A stretch of 32,000 nucleotides of DNA from Desulfocapsa sulfexigens DSM 10523 (GCF_000341395.1 NC_020304.1:1020001-1052000); one strand, 5' to 3'; positions 15,340 to 24,553 are shown, counted from the first letter of the stretch. Notes: generated from the letters alone by a model not told the origin. Numbers and translations: made by a program.

Positions 15340-15582
15340 ATCGGGTAGTTCATCCAATTCTGTGACCAAAGAAGGAATTACCACTTTGTCACATATGAAC
15401 CTGGAAACAATCAGAAAGAACTAACCGACACATACATCCAGACAGCCTAACCAGTCTGTATTACACACTTATTCTTCAGTAAAAATAAAGAAAAGGTGTT
15501 GACAACCGTAGCCAATAATTGTAATTCTCATTCCCATGAAAACGCCCCCTTCACACACACCCTAAAACTGGAACAACTCTTC

Positions 15583-16797
15583 ATGACACAGCCTCAGCCT
15601 GACATTTCCGGCCCCGTAGAGATCGCACAAGACATTTACTGGGTTGGCAACAGAAACGATAAAGGATTTGAAAGCAATGCTTACCTGAGAGTTTTCAGGG
15701 GAAATGGAAAACAATTTAATCTTCTGATAGATCCGGGACCAAGCCCTGATTTTCATGCCATAGCCAGTAAGATTGAGCATGTTCTCGGGAAGGATTACAG
15801 TCTCGATCTGGTTTATCTCAATCATCAGGATCCTGATGTCTGTATCAATACGGTCCACTTTCAACGTCACTTTCCAAAGCTCCAGATTGTTACCTCAGAA
15901 GACACCTGGCGCCTGGTCCGTTTTTACGGCCTTAAAGAAAAACAATTTATCGCCACTGAGAATTTTAAAACCGGAAAAATCAGGGTGAAAACCGGGCACC
16001 AATTACGCCTTATACCTACTCCATATGCCCATTTTCGTGGGGCGTGTGCTCTATACGATGAAGAACAAAAAGTCCTCTTCAGCGGAGATCTTTTCGGCGG
16101 ATTAACCACCTCGACCAATCTCTACGCTACAAAAGAATATTGGGATGGAATGAAAACATTCCATGAAATCTACATGCCCACAAACCTCGCACTAAAAAAG
16201 GCAGTTCATGATTTCAGACAACAGACCGATGATCTGGAAATAATAGCGTCCCAGCATGGTCAGATTATCCGCAGGGATCTCATTAATTTTTTTATGGCCA
16301 AGCTGGAAACATTAGCAGTTGGCCTGGATCTCAGGGATGATTCTCGGCTGGTCATAGAGAATTATATAAATGCCTTCAATGATATTCTCGATAAGGTTCG
16401 TACCAATATCGATGAGACCATTGTCAGCAATCTGCTGAATACTTTCAAGTCAGACGGTACTTTTCCCAACCGTCTGATTGTAAAAAATGACAAAATCTAC
16501 AGCCTGAAGGTAACTGTAGAAGAGGCATTCAGATTATTTGCCACTGAACTCTGCCACAGCCTGAGTATTGACCAAAAACCCATTGCTAAGGCAATTGTGA
16601 TCGATACCATTGCCGATTGGCACATTACAACTGAAACACCATGTCCTGGTGACAATCCTGACGAACACCAGAATAACATGCAGGAAGATATGCTTGAGGA
16701 GGGAGAAAGCAGCAAAGATACTGCCATTGATAATCCTCTTGATTTCGAACAAGAGGAACTGGACAACCTGCTGGATGATTTAATGGGCAATAACTAA
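15583..16797 (+). CDS. Metallo-beta-lactamase-fold protein resembling the diiron domain of flavodiiron proteins (ODP-like), with a C-terminal extension and acidic tail
   Basis: DIYWVG..., LIDPGP, YLNHQDPDV, TPYAHFRGA, LFSGDLFGG and SQHGQII parallel the FDP diiron-site motif order. No flavodoxin domain follows. Instead there is a roughly 170-aa extension ending in DNPLDFEQEELDNLLDDLMGNN. The start could also be GTG 15496. Confidence 0.6.
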   Translation: MTQPQPDISGPVEIAQDIYWVGNRNDKGFESNAYLRVFRGNGKQFNLLIDPGPSPDFHAIASKIEHVLGKDYSLDLVYLNHQDPDVCINTVHFQRHFPKLQIVTSEDTWRLVRFYGLKEKQFIATENFKTGKIRVKTGHQLRLIPTPYAHFRGACALYDEEQKVLFSGDLFGGLTTSTNLYATKEYWDGMKTFHEIYMPTNLALKKAVHDFRQQTDDLEIIASQHGQIIRRDLINFFMAKLETLAVGLDLRDDSRLVIENYINAFNDILDKVRTNIDETIVSNLLNTFKSDGTFPNRLIVKNDKIYSLKVTVEEAFRLFATELCHSLSIDQKPIAKAIVIDTIADWHITTETPCPGDNPDEHQNNMQEDMLEEGESSKDTAIDNPLDFEQEELDNLLDDLMGNN

Positions 16798-16839
16798 TTT
16801 CACTCTTTTCCATCCCCTTTGGTTCGCCGTTCGCAGATC

Positions 16840-16902
16840 CTACCCTAAGAATTCAATAACAGTGTAAGCGGCGTAGGGTTTGATATCAATAACCGGTACC
16901 AC
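16840..16902 (-). pseudogene. Possible relic of a TsaA/TrmO-family gene C-terminus
   Basis: The minus-strand frame reads (V)VPVIDIKPYAAYTVIEFLG*, with a TAA two codons upstream. 16874..16897 matches 23968..23991 at 22/24 nt. That second segment is the part of the intact trmO gene that encodes PIVDIKPY. Upstream similarity is not convincing. Confidence 0.25.
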
Positions 16903-17150
16903 TTTTTACCATACCGGACTGTCTCGAAATACCTAAACTCCCAGTGCTGATTTCCACTTATTTGTGATTACTAATGCAAGTAGCTGGAAGCGATTTTTCC
17001 CCTTGGCTCTTTACAAACGAACTCATATCATTCATTCTTTAGAAAACACTCTCACTCTTTCCCGGTTGTTTGCTAGAATAAGGTGGGACGATAATCACAG
17101 CGTTCTGTAAAGTATATAGACTAATTTCCGTACATGGGGGACAAAGGGAA

Positions 17151-18473
17151 ATGGGAAAAAAAATCATACTAGCCGCCGGATGCCTGTTGGTACTCGGTGC
17201 GTTCCTCCTACTGCAGAACGGTAAGCAGCCCTCTCTGCCCTCCGCTGTGCAGCCTGTTTCCATGCCCATAACCTTGTATCATTATTTTTCCGGAGCATTG
17301 AGTGGCGGGCTTACAGAGATGCTCGAAACCGTGAACAGCCGTGAGCCTGGTAACCAGGTCATTGCCAATGGCCTTGATCATGAGGCTTTCAAAAGTATGA
17401 TCCTGTCCACCCTGGAAAAAGGGAATCCACCTGAACTCTTTACCTACTGGGCAGGCTCCAGGACCGCCGAACTGGTCCGTCAAGAGAAGCTCCAGCCCAT
17501 TGATGACATGTGGGAGGCATTCAAACTGAGTAACCGTTTTCCTGCTCCGATCATCGAGGCGGCAGTCACCTATGAGGGAAAAAAATACCTGCTTCCCATC
17601 ACCCAGCATCTTGTGGTCTTTTTTTATAATAAAACGGTTTTTGAAAGGGAAAATCTGTCTGTCCCAACAACCTGGGAAGAGTTCCATACCCTCTGTCTGC
17701 ATCTTAAGGAGAAGGATGTTGTTCCCGTTGCCCTGGGAGCAAGAGAACGCTGGCCGGCACAGTTCTGGTTTGACTATCTGCTGCTGAGAACAGCTGGAAC
17801 GGCGTACAGGACCAGGCTGATGCGCGGAGAAGCATCCTATACTGATCCGCTGGTGGAACGGGCCTATACGCTCTGGGGCGAGTTGATTGCTGACGGATTT
17901 ATGAACAGCGATGCCAATAGTGCTGACTGGAACGATGCTGTACAGATGGTCTGCAATGAACAGGCAGCCATGACGCTCATGGGCACCTGGGCCATCCAGT
18001 TATTTACAGAAGGAGACTGTGGGCTTGAGGCCGGCAAGGATTTTGACTTTTTTGCCTTTCCCACGGTTGATCCCGCAGTGGAAAAAGCTGCAGTTGGTCC
18101 CATCGACGGAATTGTCCTCACTCGCCATTCGGTCAATCATGAGTTTGCCAAAAGTGTTCTGGCCTATTTCGCCGAAACCGATTCCCAGGAAAAGATGAGC
18201 AAAGGCTCCGGGGCCCTTGCCCCAAACATTGAGGTACCCAGAGGTTTTTATTCACCATTTAAACAGCGTCTTCTCGATGAGATTGCCTCTACCCGCTTCT
18301 GGGCCTTTAACTATGATCTGGCAACTCCACCGTCTGTGGCGGAAAGAGGAATGGACAGCTTCAACGAACTTATTGAGTTCCCAGGTCAGGTGCGGCCAAT
18401 TCTCAAGAACCTGCAAAGTGATGTCGCGCCACTGTTCCTTAATCAAGAAAAACAGTCAACTATTTCCAGATAG
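17151..18473 (+). CDS. Family-1 extracellular solute-binding protein (sugar-type ABC SBP fold) with no adjacent permease or ATPase
   Basis: N-terminal signal/anchor KKIILAAGCLLVLGAFLLL. About 440 aa, with SBP_bac_1-like segments (ELFTYWAG, YLLPITQHLVVFFYNK, VPVALGARERW, MTLMGTWA). The next gene, 15 nt downstream, is a sensor kinase rather than a transporter. Confidence 0.8.
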   Translation: MGKKIILAAGCLLVLGAFLLLQNGKQPSLPSAVQPVSMPITLYHYFSGALSGGLTEMLETVNSREPGNQVIANGLDHEAFKSMILSTLEKGNPPELFTYWAGSRTAELVRQEKLQPIDDMWEAFKLSNRFPAPIIEAAVTYEGKKYLLPITQHLVVFFYNKTVFERENLSVPTTWEEFHTLCLHLKEKDVVPVALGARERWPAQFWFDYLLLRTAGTAYRTRLMRGEASYTDPLVERAYTLWGELIADGFMNSDANSADWNDAVQMVCNEQAAMTLMGTWAIQLFTEGDCGLEAGKDFDFFAFPTVDPAVEKAAVGPIDGIVLTRHSVNHEFAKSVLAYFAETDSQEKMSKGSGALAPNIEVPRGFYSPFKQRLLDEIASTRFWAFNYDLATPPSVAERGMDSFNELIEFPGQVRPILKNLQSDVAPLFLNQEKQSTISR

Positions 18474-18488
18474 GTTCCCATTCCCATC

Positions 18489-21140
18489 ATGTCCTTTCGC
18501 CTAAAACTCGGTATTGGTTTTTCTTCTGTCCTGTTGCTTATGGTCCTCGCCGGTCTCATCAGCTGGTGGGGGATGGACAGTGCCCTGAGTCGGCAAACCA
18601 TGCTCTATCAGTTGAACAGTACCCTGGAAGATCGGTTCAATAAGTTGGTGCGGGAAGAACAGGCCTTTGCCAACACTGAAGACCTGCTTCATTCCCGCGC
18701 TGTCTTTCAGATCCTGGCCAGGATTCGAAAACCGATTCACGATGTCCTGACCCAGCCCCTGGAGGCGGTACAGCAGGAGACGGTTAAAAATCTCCTTGAA
18801 GCCCTCAAGGACTATGAAGAGAGTTTTTCCGCATTTATTACCCATGATGTGGACATGCGGACCATGAAAAGCAGGATGCTCCAGGAATCAAAACGGTTGA
18901 TCAGCAACGGCAGTGAACTCAGCCGGGCCGAAGCAGATATGGCTGTCCTTCAGCATCTGATGGGAGAGATCCTGATCGCAGAAAAGAATTATCTTCTGTC
19001 CGGCAGCAGTGAGGCTGCAACAGAGGTTGTGGAAACAGTGAGAAAGCTTCGAGAAAAAGCAGAAGTTGCTCGAGAAAACTTCAGTGATAACGAGTTGAAG
19101 CTCAGGGCCTTTCGCATTGCCACAGTGGCTGACGTCTATCAGGAAATATTCAGCAATTTTATCAAGGAAAAAGAGGAACTGCAGCAGGCTGCTTTGCGCA
19201 TGGAGCAGGCCCTTAGCCGTTTTACTGAAAAATTGGCTCAGTATATAGCCCGTGAAACGGCCATTGCAGGAAAACAGGTTGCTATCCTGCGTTTGGTGTC
19301 CCTGTGCATTTCTCTTCTGGCCGTAGGGCTGGGCATTTTTGCCACGATTTTTCTCTCAGGCCGTATTACTAGACCTATCGAAAAACTGAAACACTCCGCC
19401 GCGCAGATTGTTTCCGGCAATCTGGACACCTCGGTGGTCATCAGCAGCCGTGATGAAATCGGTGAATTAGGTCATATCTTTAACCAGATGGCCGGGCGTC
19501 TGAAAGAGAGTTTTACTGATATTGAGCAGTATCGTGACCACCTTGAAGAGTTGGTTAGAGAGAGAACCCTGGCCCTGGAAAAGGAGAATTTTGGGCGACG
19601 TGAGGTAGAAGCAGCACTGAGAGCAAGTGAAGAGAACTTGTCGCTGATCATTGAGGAATCTCCAATGGGCATCATTCTCTGGGGGATGGATTTTCAGGTG
19701 ACCAGATGGAACCAGGCTGCAGAACGGATATTTGGCTATCCTGCAGCCGAGGCCATGGGCAGGCAGGTGGCTTTTATTGTTCCTCCACAAGCCCAGGCGC
19801 ATGTGGAGACCGTCTGGCAGCAGCTGATAACCCAAAAAGAAGATGGAAGCAGAAGCCGGAACGAAAACATCACCAGCAAAGGAGATACTATTCTCTGTGA
19901 CTGGTACAATACCCCTTTGGTTGATGCTTCAGGAGAGAATATCGGTGTCCTTTCTCTGGTTGAAGATGTCACCACCCTGGTTCGCACGGAACAGGAGCTC
20001 CTCAAGGTAAAGAAGATCGAATCCACCGGGGTCCTCGCCGGAGGGATTGCCCATGATTTCAATAACATTCTTACGGCAATCCTGGGAAACATTAACCTGT
20101 CACTTATGGACCAGGAACTTACTCCCCGTACCAGAGCGCTGCTCAAGGCCGCGGAAAAGGCCTCTGTCCGTGCCCAGACACTCACCCAGCAACTGCTCAC
20201 CTTTGCTAAAGGTGGAGATCCGGTCAAGGAAGCCACAGATCTTGGACAGGTTATCATGGATTCAGCCAATTTTATCCTCCACGGAAGCTCCATTGCCTGC
20301 TCCTATGCAATCCCTGATGACCTTTGGTATGTTACTGCTGATAAGGGACAGATCAGCCAGGTTATTCAGAACATCGTACTCAACGCTGTGCAGGCAATGC
20401 CTGGTGGAGGCCAGCTGAGCATCAGCTGTACGAACATTGAGCCCGGGACAGATGAATTTGTGGAGGATTCAGCAGATCAACGTTTTGTCAGAATAGATAT
20501 CGCTGATAGTGGAGGAGGGATTCCGGTAGAACTGATGGAAAAAATATTTGATCCCTATTTTTCCAATAAACCACAAGGCAGTGGACTTGGTCTGGCCATC
20601 ACCCTTTCCATTATCAACAAGCATCACGGCAGGATTGGGGTACATTCTGCGCCCGGTGGTGGAGCCGTATTCTCTGTCTACCTCCCGGCTTCCGAAGTTA
20701 CGGAAGCAACCCCTGTGACTGCAGGAACCGATTCACAGGTTCCTGGGAAAAAGGCACGTATCCTGATCATGGATGATGAACAGATGGTTCTGGATGTCCT
20801 TGCCACCATGCTTCAGGCTGTGGGGCATGAGGTACTTATCAGCCGGGATGGAGACACCTGCATCCATCTCTACGAAGAAAACCTGCAGAGCGCCACCCCT
20901 ATTGATCTGATTATCATGGACCTGACCATCCCTGGTGGGAAAGGTGGCAAGGAAACTGTTCAGGAAATTCTGCAGCGTGATCGCCAGGCCAGGGTGATTG
21001 TTTCCAGCGGATATTCCAACGATCCAGTAATGGCCCATTATGCTGAGTACGGATTCTGCGGCGCTGTGTCCAAACCTTTTTGCCTTGACGAACTCTCCAG
21101 TGTGATCAATACAGTTCTTGCCCGCCAGGAATCGGTGTAG
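18489..21140 (+). CDS. Hybrid sensor histidine kinase (TM, about 235-aa all-helical periplasmic domain, TM, HAMP, PAS, HisKA, HATPase_c, REC)
   Basis: TMs at the N-terminus and at VSLCISLLAVGLGIFATIFL. HAMP RPIEKLKHSAAQIVSGNLDT...DEIGELGHIFNQM. PAS SPMGIILWGMDFQVTRWNQAAERIFGY. H-box GIAHDFNNILTAILGN. G-boxes DSGGGI and GSGLGLAI. Receiver ILIMDDEQ...LIIMDLTIPG...SKPF. Confidence 0.85.
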   Translation: MSFRLKLGIGFSSVLLLMVLAGLISWWGMDSALSRQTMLYQLNSTLEDRFNKLVREEQAFANTEDLLHSRAVFQILARIRKPIHDVLTQPLEAVQQETVKNLLEALKDYEESFSAFITHDVDMRTMKSRMLQESKRLISNGSELSRAEADMAVLQHLMGEILIAEKNYLLSGSSEAATEVVETVRKLREKAEVARENFSDNELKLRAFRIATVADVYQEIFSNFIKEKEELQQAALRMEQALSRFTEKLAQYIARETAIAGKQVAILRLVSLCISLLAVGLGIFATIFLSGRITRPIEKLKHSAAQIVSGNLDTSVVISSRDEIGELGHIFNQMAGRLKESFTDIEQYRDHLEELVRERTLALEKENFGRREVEAALRASEENLSLIIEESPMGIILWGMDFQVTRWNQAAERIFGYPAAEAMGRQVAFIVPPQAQAHVETVWQQLITQKEDGSRSRNENITSKGDTILCDWYNTPLVDASGENIGVLSLVEDVTTLVRTEQELLKVKKIESTGVLAGGIAHDFNNILTAILGNINLSLMDQELTPRTRALLKAAEKASVRAQTLTQQLLTFAKGGDPVKEATDLGQVIMDSANFILHGSSIACSYAIPDDLWYVTADKGQISQVIQNIVLNAVQAMPGGGQLSISCTNIEPGTDEFVEDSADQRFVRIDIADSGGGIPVELMEKIFDPYFSNKPQGSGLGLAITLSIINKHHGRIGVHSAPGGGAVFSVYLPASEVTEATPVTAGTDSQVPGKKARILIMDDEQMVLDVLATMLQAVGHEVLISRDGDTCIHLYEENLQSATPIDLIIMDLTIPGGKGGKETVQEILQRDRQARVIVSSGYSNDPVMAHYAEYGFCGAVSKPFCLDELSSVINTVLARQESV

Positions 21141-21242
21141 CTTTCTTTAGCTACTCCTTAACCTGCGGACCTTAGAAGCATGTCGCCTTCCATATCAATC
21201 ATTGTCAGCTTGCTGTTCGGTATCTCCCGATCTTTGATTCTT

Positions 21243-23468
21243 TCAGGAAAGAAGGCTACGGAGGGTGTGGGAGAGGTGGATCTTGTTCAGCGGCTTTTTG
21301 ATAAAAGACTCGATGCCGTACGCTGCAACCTTTTTCTGCAGTTCGGAATTACTGAAACCGCTACAGAGCGCAATGGGCATAGAAGGGGCAATTTCTTTAA
21401 TTTTCTTACTCAATTCCAGTCCGGTCATCTTTGGCATGGACATATCAGTGATGACCGCATCAATATCGGTTACATGTTCAGTCAGCCACTGGTAGGCAGC
21501 GGTACTGTCCTCCATGATCGTGACCTGATAGCCCATTTCTTCCAGGAGAATCTCCCAGTAGAGCATGACCTCTTTTTCATCTTCTACGACTAGGAGATGT
21601 TCACCTTTACCCATGGCTACCCTGTCGTTTGTTACCTGTTCTTTATCAATATCGTCCTCAAGGTAACAGGGAAAGAGTAGGGTAAAAGTGGTTCCTTGAC
21701 CAAATGTGCTCTGGGCCATAATATGACCATTTGCATTGGTGACGATGCCATGAACTACTGCCAGGCCAAGCCCTGTACCGTTTCCTGTATCTTTGGTGGT
21801 GAAGTAGGGTTCAAAAATTCTCTCCAAGATCTTATTCTCCATACCGCATCCCGTGTCACTCACTTCGAGTTTGAGATAGGAACCAGGGACAGCGTTAAGC
21901 AAACAGTTTTCTTCAGTCATCTCAGTCTGGCTGAGGCTTACTATGAGCTGACCACCATCGTCCAGCATGGCATGATAGGCATTGATACAGAGATTCATCA
22001 TTACTTGATGGATCTGTGAGGGGTCGGCCAGGGTTGGACAACACTCTGTGTCAATATTTTGGACTATATTGATGTTTGCGGGAATGGTAGCCCGCAGTAA
22101 TTTGAGGGCCTCAAGGATAACAGGATGGAGCCTGATAACCTTACTCTTGTGCTCAACCTGACGACTGAAGGCGAGGATCTGGGCTACCAGGTCTTTGGCC
22201 CGCATCCCTGCTTTTTCCACCTTTCCCAGGTGGAGACTAAGGTCATCTCGGTCAGGCGGCAATTTCTGCATTGTCAGCTGAGTGTAACCCAGGATGGCGG
22301 TGAGAATATTGTTGAAATCATGGGCAATCCCGCTGGCCAGAGTACCGATTGCCTGCATCTTCTCCATCTGCCGTAAATCACTCTCAATACGTTGTCGTTC
22401 CTCCATCTCTTTTTTCAGAGCCAAATTGCTTTCGGCAAGTTCTGCGGTACGTTCAAGCACCCGTTCTTCCAGTTCTTCGTTGGCTTGAGCAAGGGAGCTG
22501 TTCAGGTTGATAATGGTGTTTAGAAGTTTATCAAAGCTAAAATGAAGAATAAGGGCGGTGAGGGTAAGCAGGCTCAAGGTGAGGAGTACGATTTGGGTAA
22601 TGAAACGGTTGAGACTTTTTAAATCATCAGTGATATCAAGGGCCACAAAAATCTTAGCCAAGGGCTCAGTTTTGTAGGTATTGAGCGTAATATTAGAAAA
22701 GACGAGGAAATCTCTTTCGTTGAAGCGGATTCTTTCATCCTCTGTACCTGTATTGGAGAGGGGGGGGAGAGCGGAAAAAAGTTCACCGTTGTGGGATATG
22801 ATAACATTTGGGCCATGTTGAATGACCGGAGAGTCAAAGTGGGTCACCTTTTGCCAGTTACTGGTGCTGGTAACGAGGGCAAGATGGGGGCTGATTTGTT
22901 TTTGCAGGAGTTCAAGGAGTTGCTCAAACTTAATACCAAAACCTATGCTGCCAATGTATTTCCCTTGGTAAAACATGGGATGCACAACTCGGTAAAAGAG
23001 GCCTGAACGACCAATTTCATAACCACTCGTTTGTTCTTGGACCCTATGAACATGGTTGAGGATAGGGCGGACGTTGCTTAAATCATCTCCGTGGAATTCA
23101 GAAAAGTGCATCCGTAAAAAGGCCGTGCCATCCGGCAGGTTGAATTGCATGTTGCGGAAATGTGGGTTTTCTTTTTTGAGAACATTGTAAAAACCGGCTA
23201 CAGACTGTTGCAGGGATACTCTGTCCCGTTTGGCAAAGGCCTCAATAACTCTCTGTTTGGTCGTGGCCAGACTGACAATGCGAGTCCGGTAGTTGGAAAA
23301 TGCCTGTTCCTGAAGCATTTCAGCAAGAAACAAGGCGCTTTTTTTCTTGGTCAGAATCTTGTTTTCTAAATCCTGATGCTGGTGCTTGATACTGATACTC
23401 AGATAGGCCCCTGTCATACAGGTAATGAGGAAAAGAACTAAGATGATAGCCTTGGTGCGGATATTCAT
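21243..23468 (-). CDS. Hybrid sensor histidine kinase with a periplasmic Cache-type sensor domain (TM, Cache, TM, coiled coil, HisKA, HATPase_c, REC)
   Basis: N-terminal TM AIILVLFLITCMTGAYL. The roughly 270-aa extracytoplasmic region has a Cache-like segment (FNLPDGTAFLRMH...GYEIGRSGLFYRVVHPMFYQGKYIGSIGFG). Second TM IVLLTLSLLTLTALILHF. H-box GIAHDFNNILTAILGY. DTGCGM and GTGLGLAVV. Receiver LLVVEDEKE...VITDMSMPKMTG...KKPL. Confidence 0.85.
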   Translation of the reverse strand: MNIRTKAIILVLFLITCMTGAYLSISIKHQHQDLENKILTKKKSALFLAEMLQEQAFSNYRTRIVSLATTKQRVIEAFAKRDRVSLQQSVAGFYNVLKKENPHFRNMQFNLPDGTAFLRMHFSEFHGDDLSNVRPILNHVHRVQEQTSGYEIGRSGLFYRVVHPMFYQGKYIGSIGFGIKFEQLLELLQKQISPHLALVTSTSNWQKVTHFDSPVIQHGPNVIISHNGELFSALPPLSNTGTEDERIRFNERDFLVFSNITLNTYKTEPLAKIFVALDITDDLKSLNRFITQIVLLTLSLLTLTALILHFSFDKLLNTIINLNSSLAQANEELEERVLERTAELAESNLALKKEMEERQRIESDLRQMEKMQAIGTLASGIAHDFNNILTAILGYTQLTMQKLPPDRDDLSLHLGKVEKAGMRAKDLVAQILAFSRQVEHKSKVIRLHPVILEALKLLRATIPANINIVQNIDTECCPTLADPSQIHQVMMNLCINAYHAMLDDGGQLIVSLSQTEMTEENCLLNAVPGSYLKLEVSDTGCGMENKILERIFEPYFTTKDTGNGTGLGLAVVHGIVTNANGHIMAQSTFGQGTTFTLLFPCYLEDDIDKEQVTNDRVAMGKGEHLLVVEDEKEVMLYWEILLEEMGYQVTIMEDSTAAYQWLTEHVTDIDAVITDMSMPKMTGLELSKKIKEIAPSMPIALCSGFSNSELQKKVAAYGIESFIKKPLNKIHLSHTLRSLLS

Positions 23469-23476
23469 AAAATCCA

Positions 23477-23500
23477 GATTGAGGATTGAGGATTGAGGAT
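23477..23500. repeat. Tandem heptamer (GATTGAG) x3.4
   Basis: Read directly: gattgag gattgag gattgag gat. It begins 9 nt upstream of the Cache-kinase start codon (minus strand). Confidence 0.8.
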
Positions 23501-23675
23501 CCCATTGGAAACCCTTACGTTGTGATATCTGTTTTCAGTGTAGCAAAAAGGATTTCGCTTGCCAATATAATCTCTGTAATATTGCAAGATTGCACAAAAG
23601 AAAGAGAAAGCAACAAAGATGCCCCTGAAGACATCCTCTCGATTATAACCAAAGTGAACTGGACAGCCTGCTGGA

Positions 23676-24377
23676 TTACTCAATAGGAATCACTAAAAAC
23701 ACAGTAAATCCTTTTTCCTCCGCCATCCAGCGCACGTTAACATCCCAGAGAAGCATTCCATATTCCCTCTGGAGCCCCCGTTGGCTCGCCGGTCGTGGAT
23801 CCTGTTCCAGAACCTCAGTGATCAAGCTTTTCAAATTCCTGTTTTTCTCCTGCTGATAGCGCTTACAACTGGCTTCCGCTTCAGAGCTGAACTGCACAGC
23901 CATCTTTTGTTTCGCAAACTGAACAAAACCACTGGTTGCGTCTTCAAGCGCATCACTGTAGGGAACATAGGGTTTGATATCAACAATCGGTGTCCCGTGC
24001 AACAGGTCCAGTTCACTGATATCGAGAAAGAGCCCGCCTTTCTCTTTGCGCAGTCCATGATAACGAACAACAGAAAGCCCCAGGAAATTAGGCCGGTGCG
24101 GAGTCCTGCTTGCAAAAAGACCCACTCGTTTCTGTCCTCCAAGCCACGGAGGCCGCACCGTGGGACGCCAGCCATCAGCGATGGCTTCATGAAACATAAA
24201 CTGCAGCCAGATATGGGAAAATGTATCGAGTTCGGTAAACATTTCCTCACGATCGCAGGGGGCTAACAGTTCGATAGCACCCGTACCACTTTTCACCAGG
24301 CCGGGCTGTCTCGGGATACCAAATTTCTCCCTGTAGCAGGAGTGGACCAGCCCAATTGCTTTAATTGTATACTCCAC
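23676..24377 (-). CDS. trmO: tRNA m6t6A37 methyltransferase TrmO (TsaA/YaeB, UPF0066 family)
   Basis: KAIGLVHSCYREKFGIPRQPGLV, FSHIWLQFMFH, GLFASRTPHRPNFLGLSVV, LLHGTPIVDIKPYVPY. The 233-aa length is close to E. coli YaeB. Confidence 0.85.
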   Translation of the reverse strand: MEYTIKAIGLVHSCYREKFGIPRQPGLVKSGTGAIELLAPCDREEMFTELDTFSHIWLQFMFHEAIADGWRPTVRPPWLGGQKRVGLFASRTPHRPNFLGLSVVRYHGLRKEKGGLFLDISELDLLHGTPIVDIKPYVPYSDALEDATSGFVQFAKQKMAVQFSSEAEASCKRYQQEKNRNLKSLITEVLEQDPRPASQRGLQREYGMLLWDVNVRWMAEEKGFTVFLVIPIE

Positions 24378-24553
24378 TTTATTTCTCCCAAAAAATGAAC
24401 TTCCCCCGGAACTGCAGAGAAATATTGATAAGTCACCCGTATCCGTGTAAATAGCAGGCAGTTGAAATCAGAACAAGCGAATTCATTCCCCTGCTTCTGT
24501 TTTCAAGACCGCTACTTCATGACAACCCTACTCACACTGTACATCGTTGCAAG

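Noticed and set aside
15499-15527. TTGACA-N17-TAATTC as a promoter for the ODP-like gene.
   Set aside because: The -35 is perfect, but the -10 matches consensus at only 2/6 positions. It also overlaps an alternative GTG start (15496), so I did not list it as a feature.
16846-16879. Short inverted repeats in the 16.8-17.15 kb intergenic region (ACCCTA/TAGGGT, and CCGGTA/TACCGG at 16893..16918).
   Set aside because: The stems are only 6 bp, with 14-27-nt loops and no U-tract. This is within chance expectation and does not support a terminator or ncRNA call.
17151-17200. Possible lipobox (LAAGC) in the solute-binding protein N-terminus.
   Set aside because: The Cys sits at residue 11, inside rather than after the hydrophobic core (CLLVLGAFLLL follows). 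A signal peptide or anchor is more likely than a lipoprotein signal.
19736-20293. 185-aa minus-strand ORF inside the hybrid kinase gene. Similar cases are 17208..17702 (-) in the SBP gene, 12269..12739 (-) across pyrG/kdsA, 23781..24266 (+) in trmO and 21180..21593 (+) in the Cache kinase.
   Set aside because: All lie antisense within genes that have strong family motifs. They have Ser/Arg/Cys-rich shadow-frame composition, no RBS and no recognisable domains.
23465-23686. 72-aa (-) and 66-aa (+) ORFs in the trmO/Cache-kinase intergenic region.
   Set aside because: They overlap each other, the trmO stop and the kinase start. They have no RBS or motifs, and the region contains the heptamer repeat. 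Most likely non-coding.
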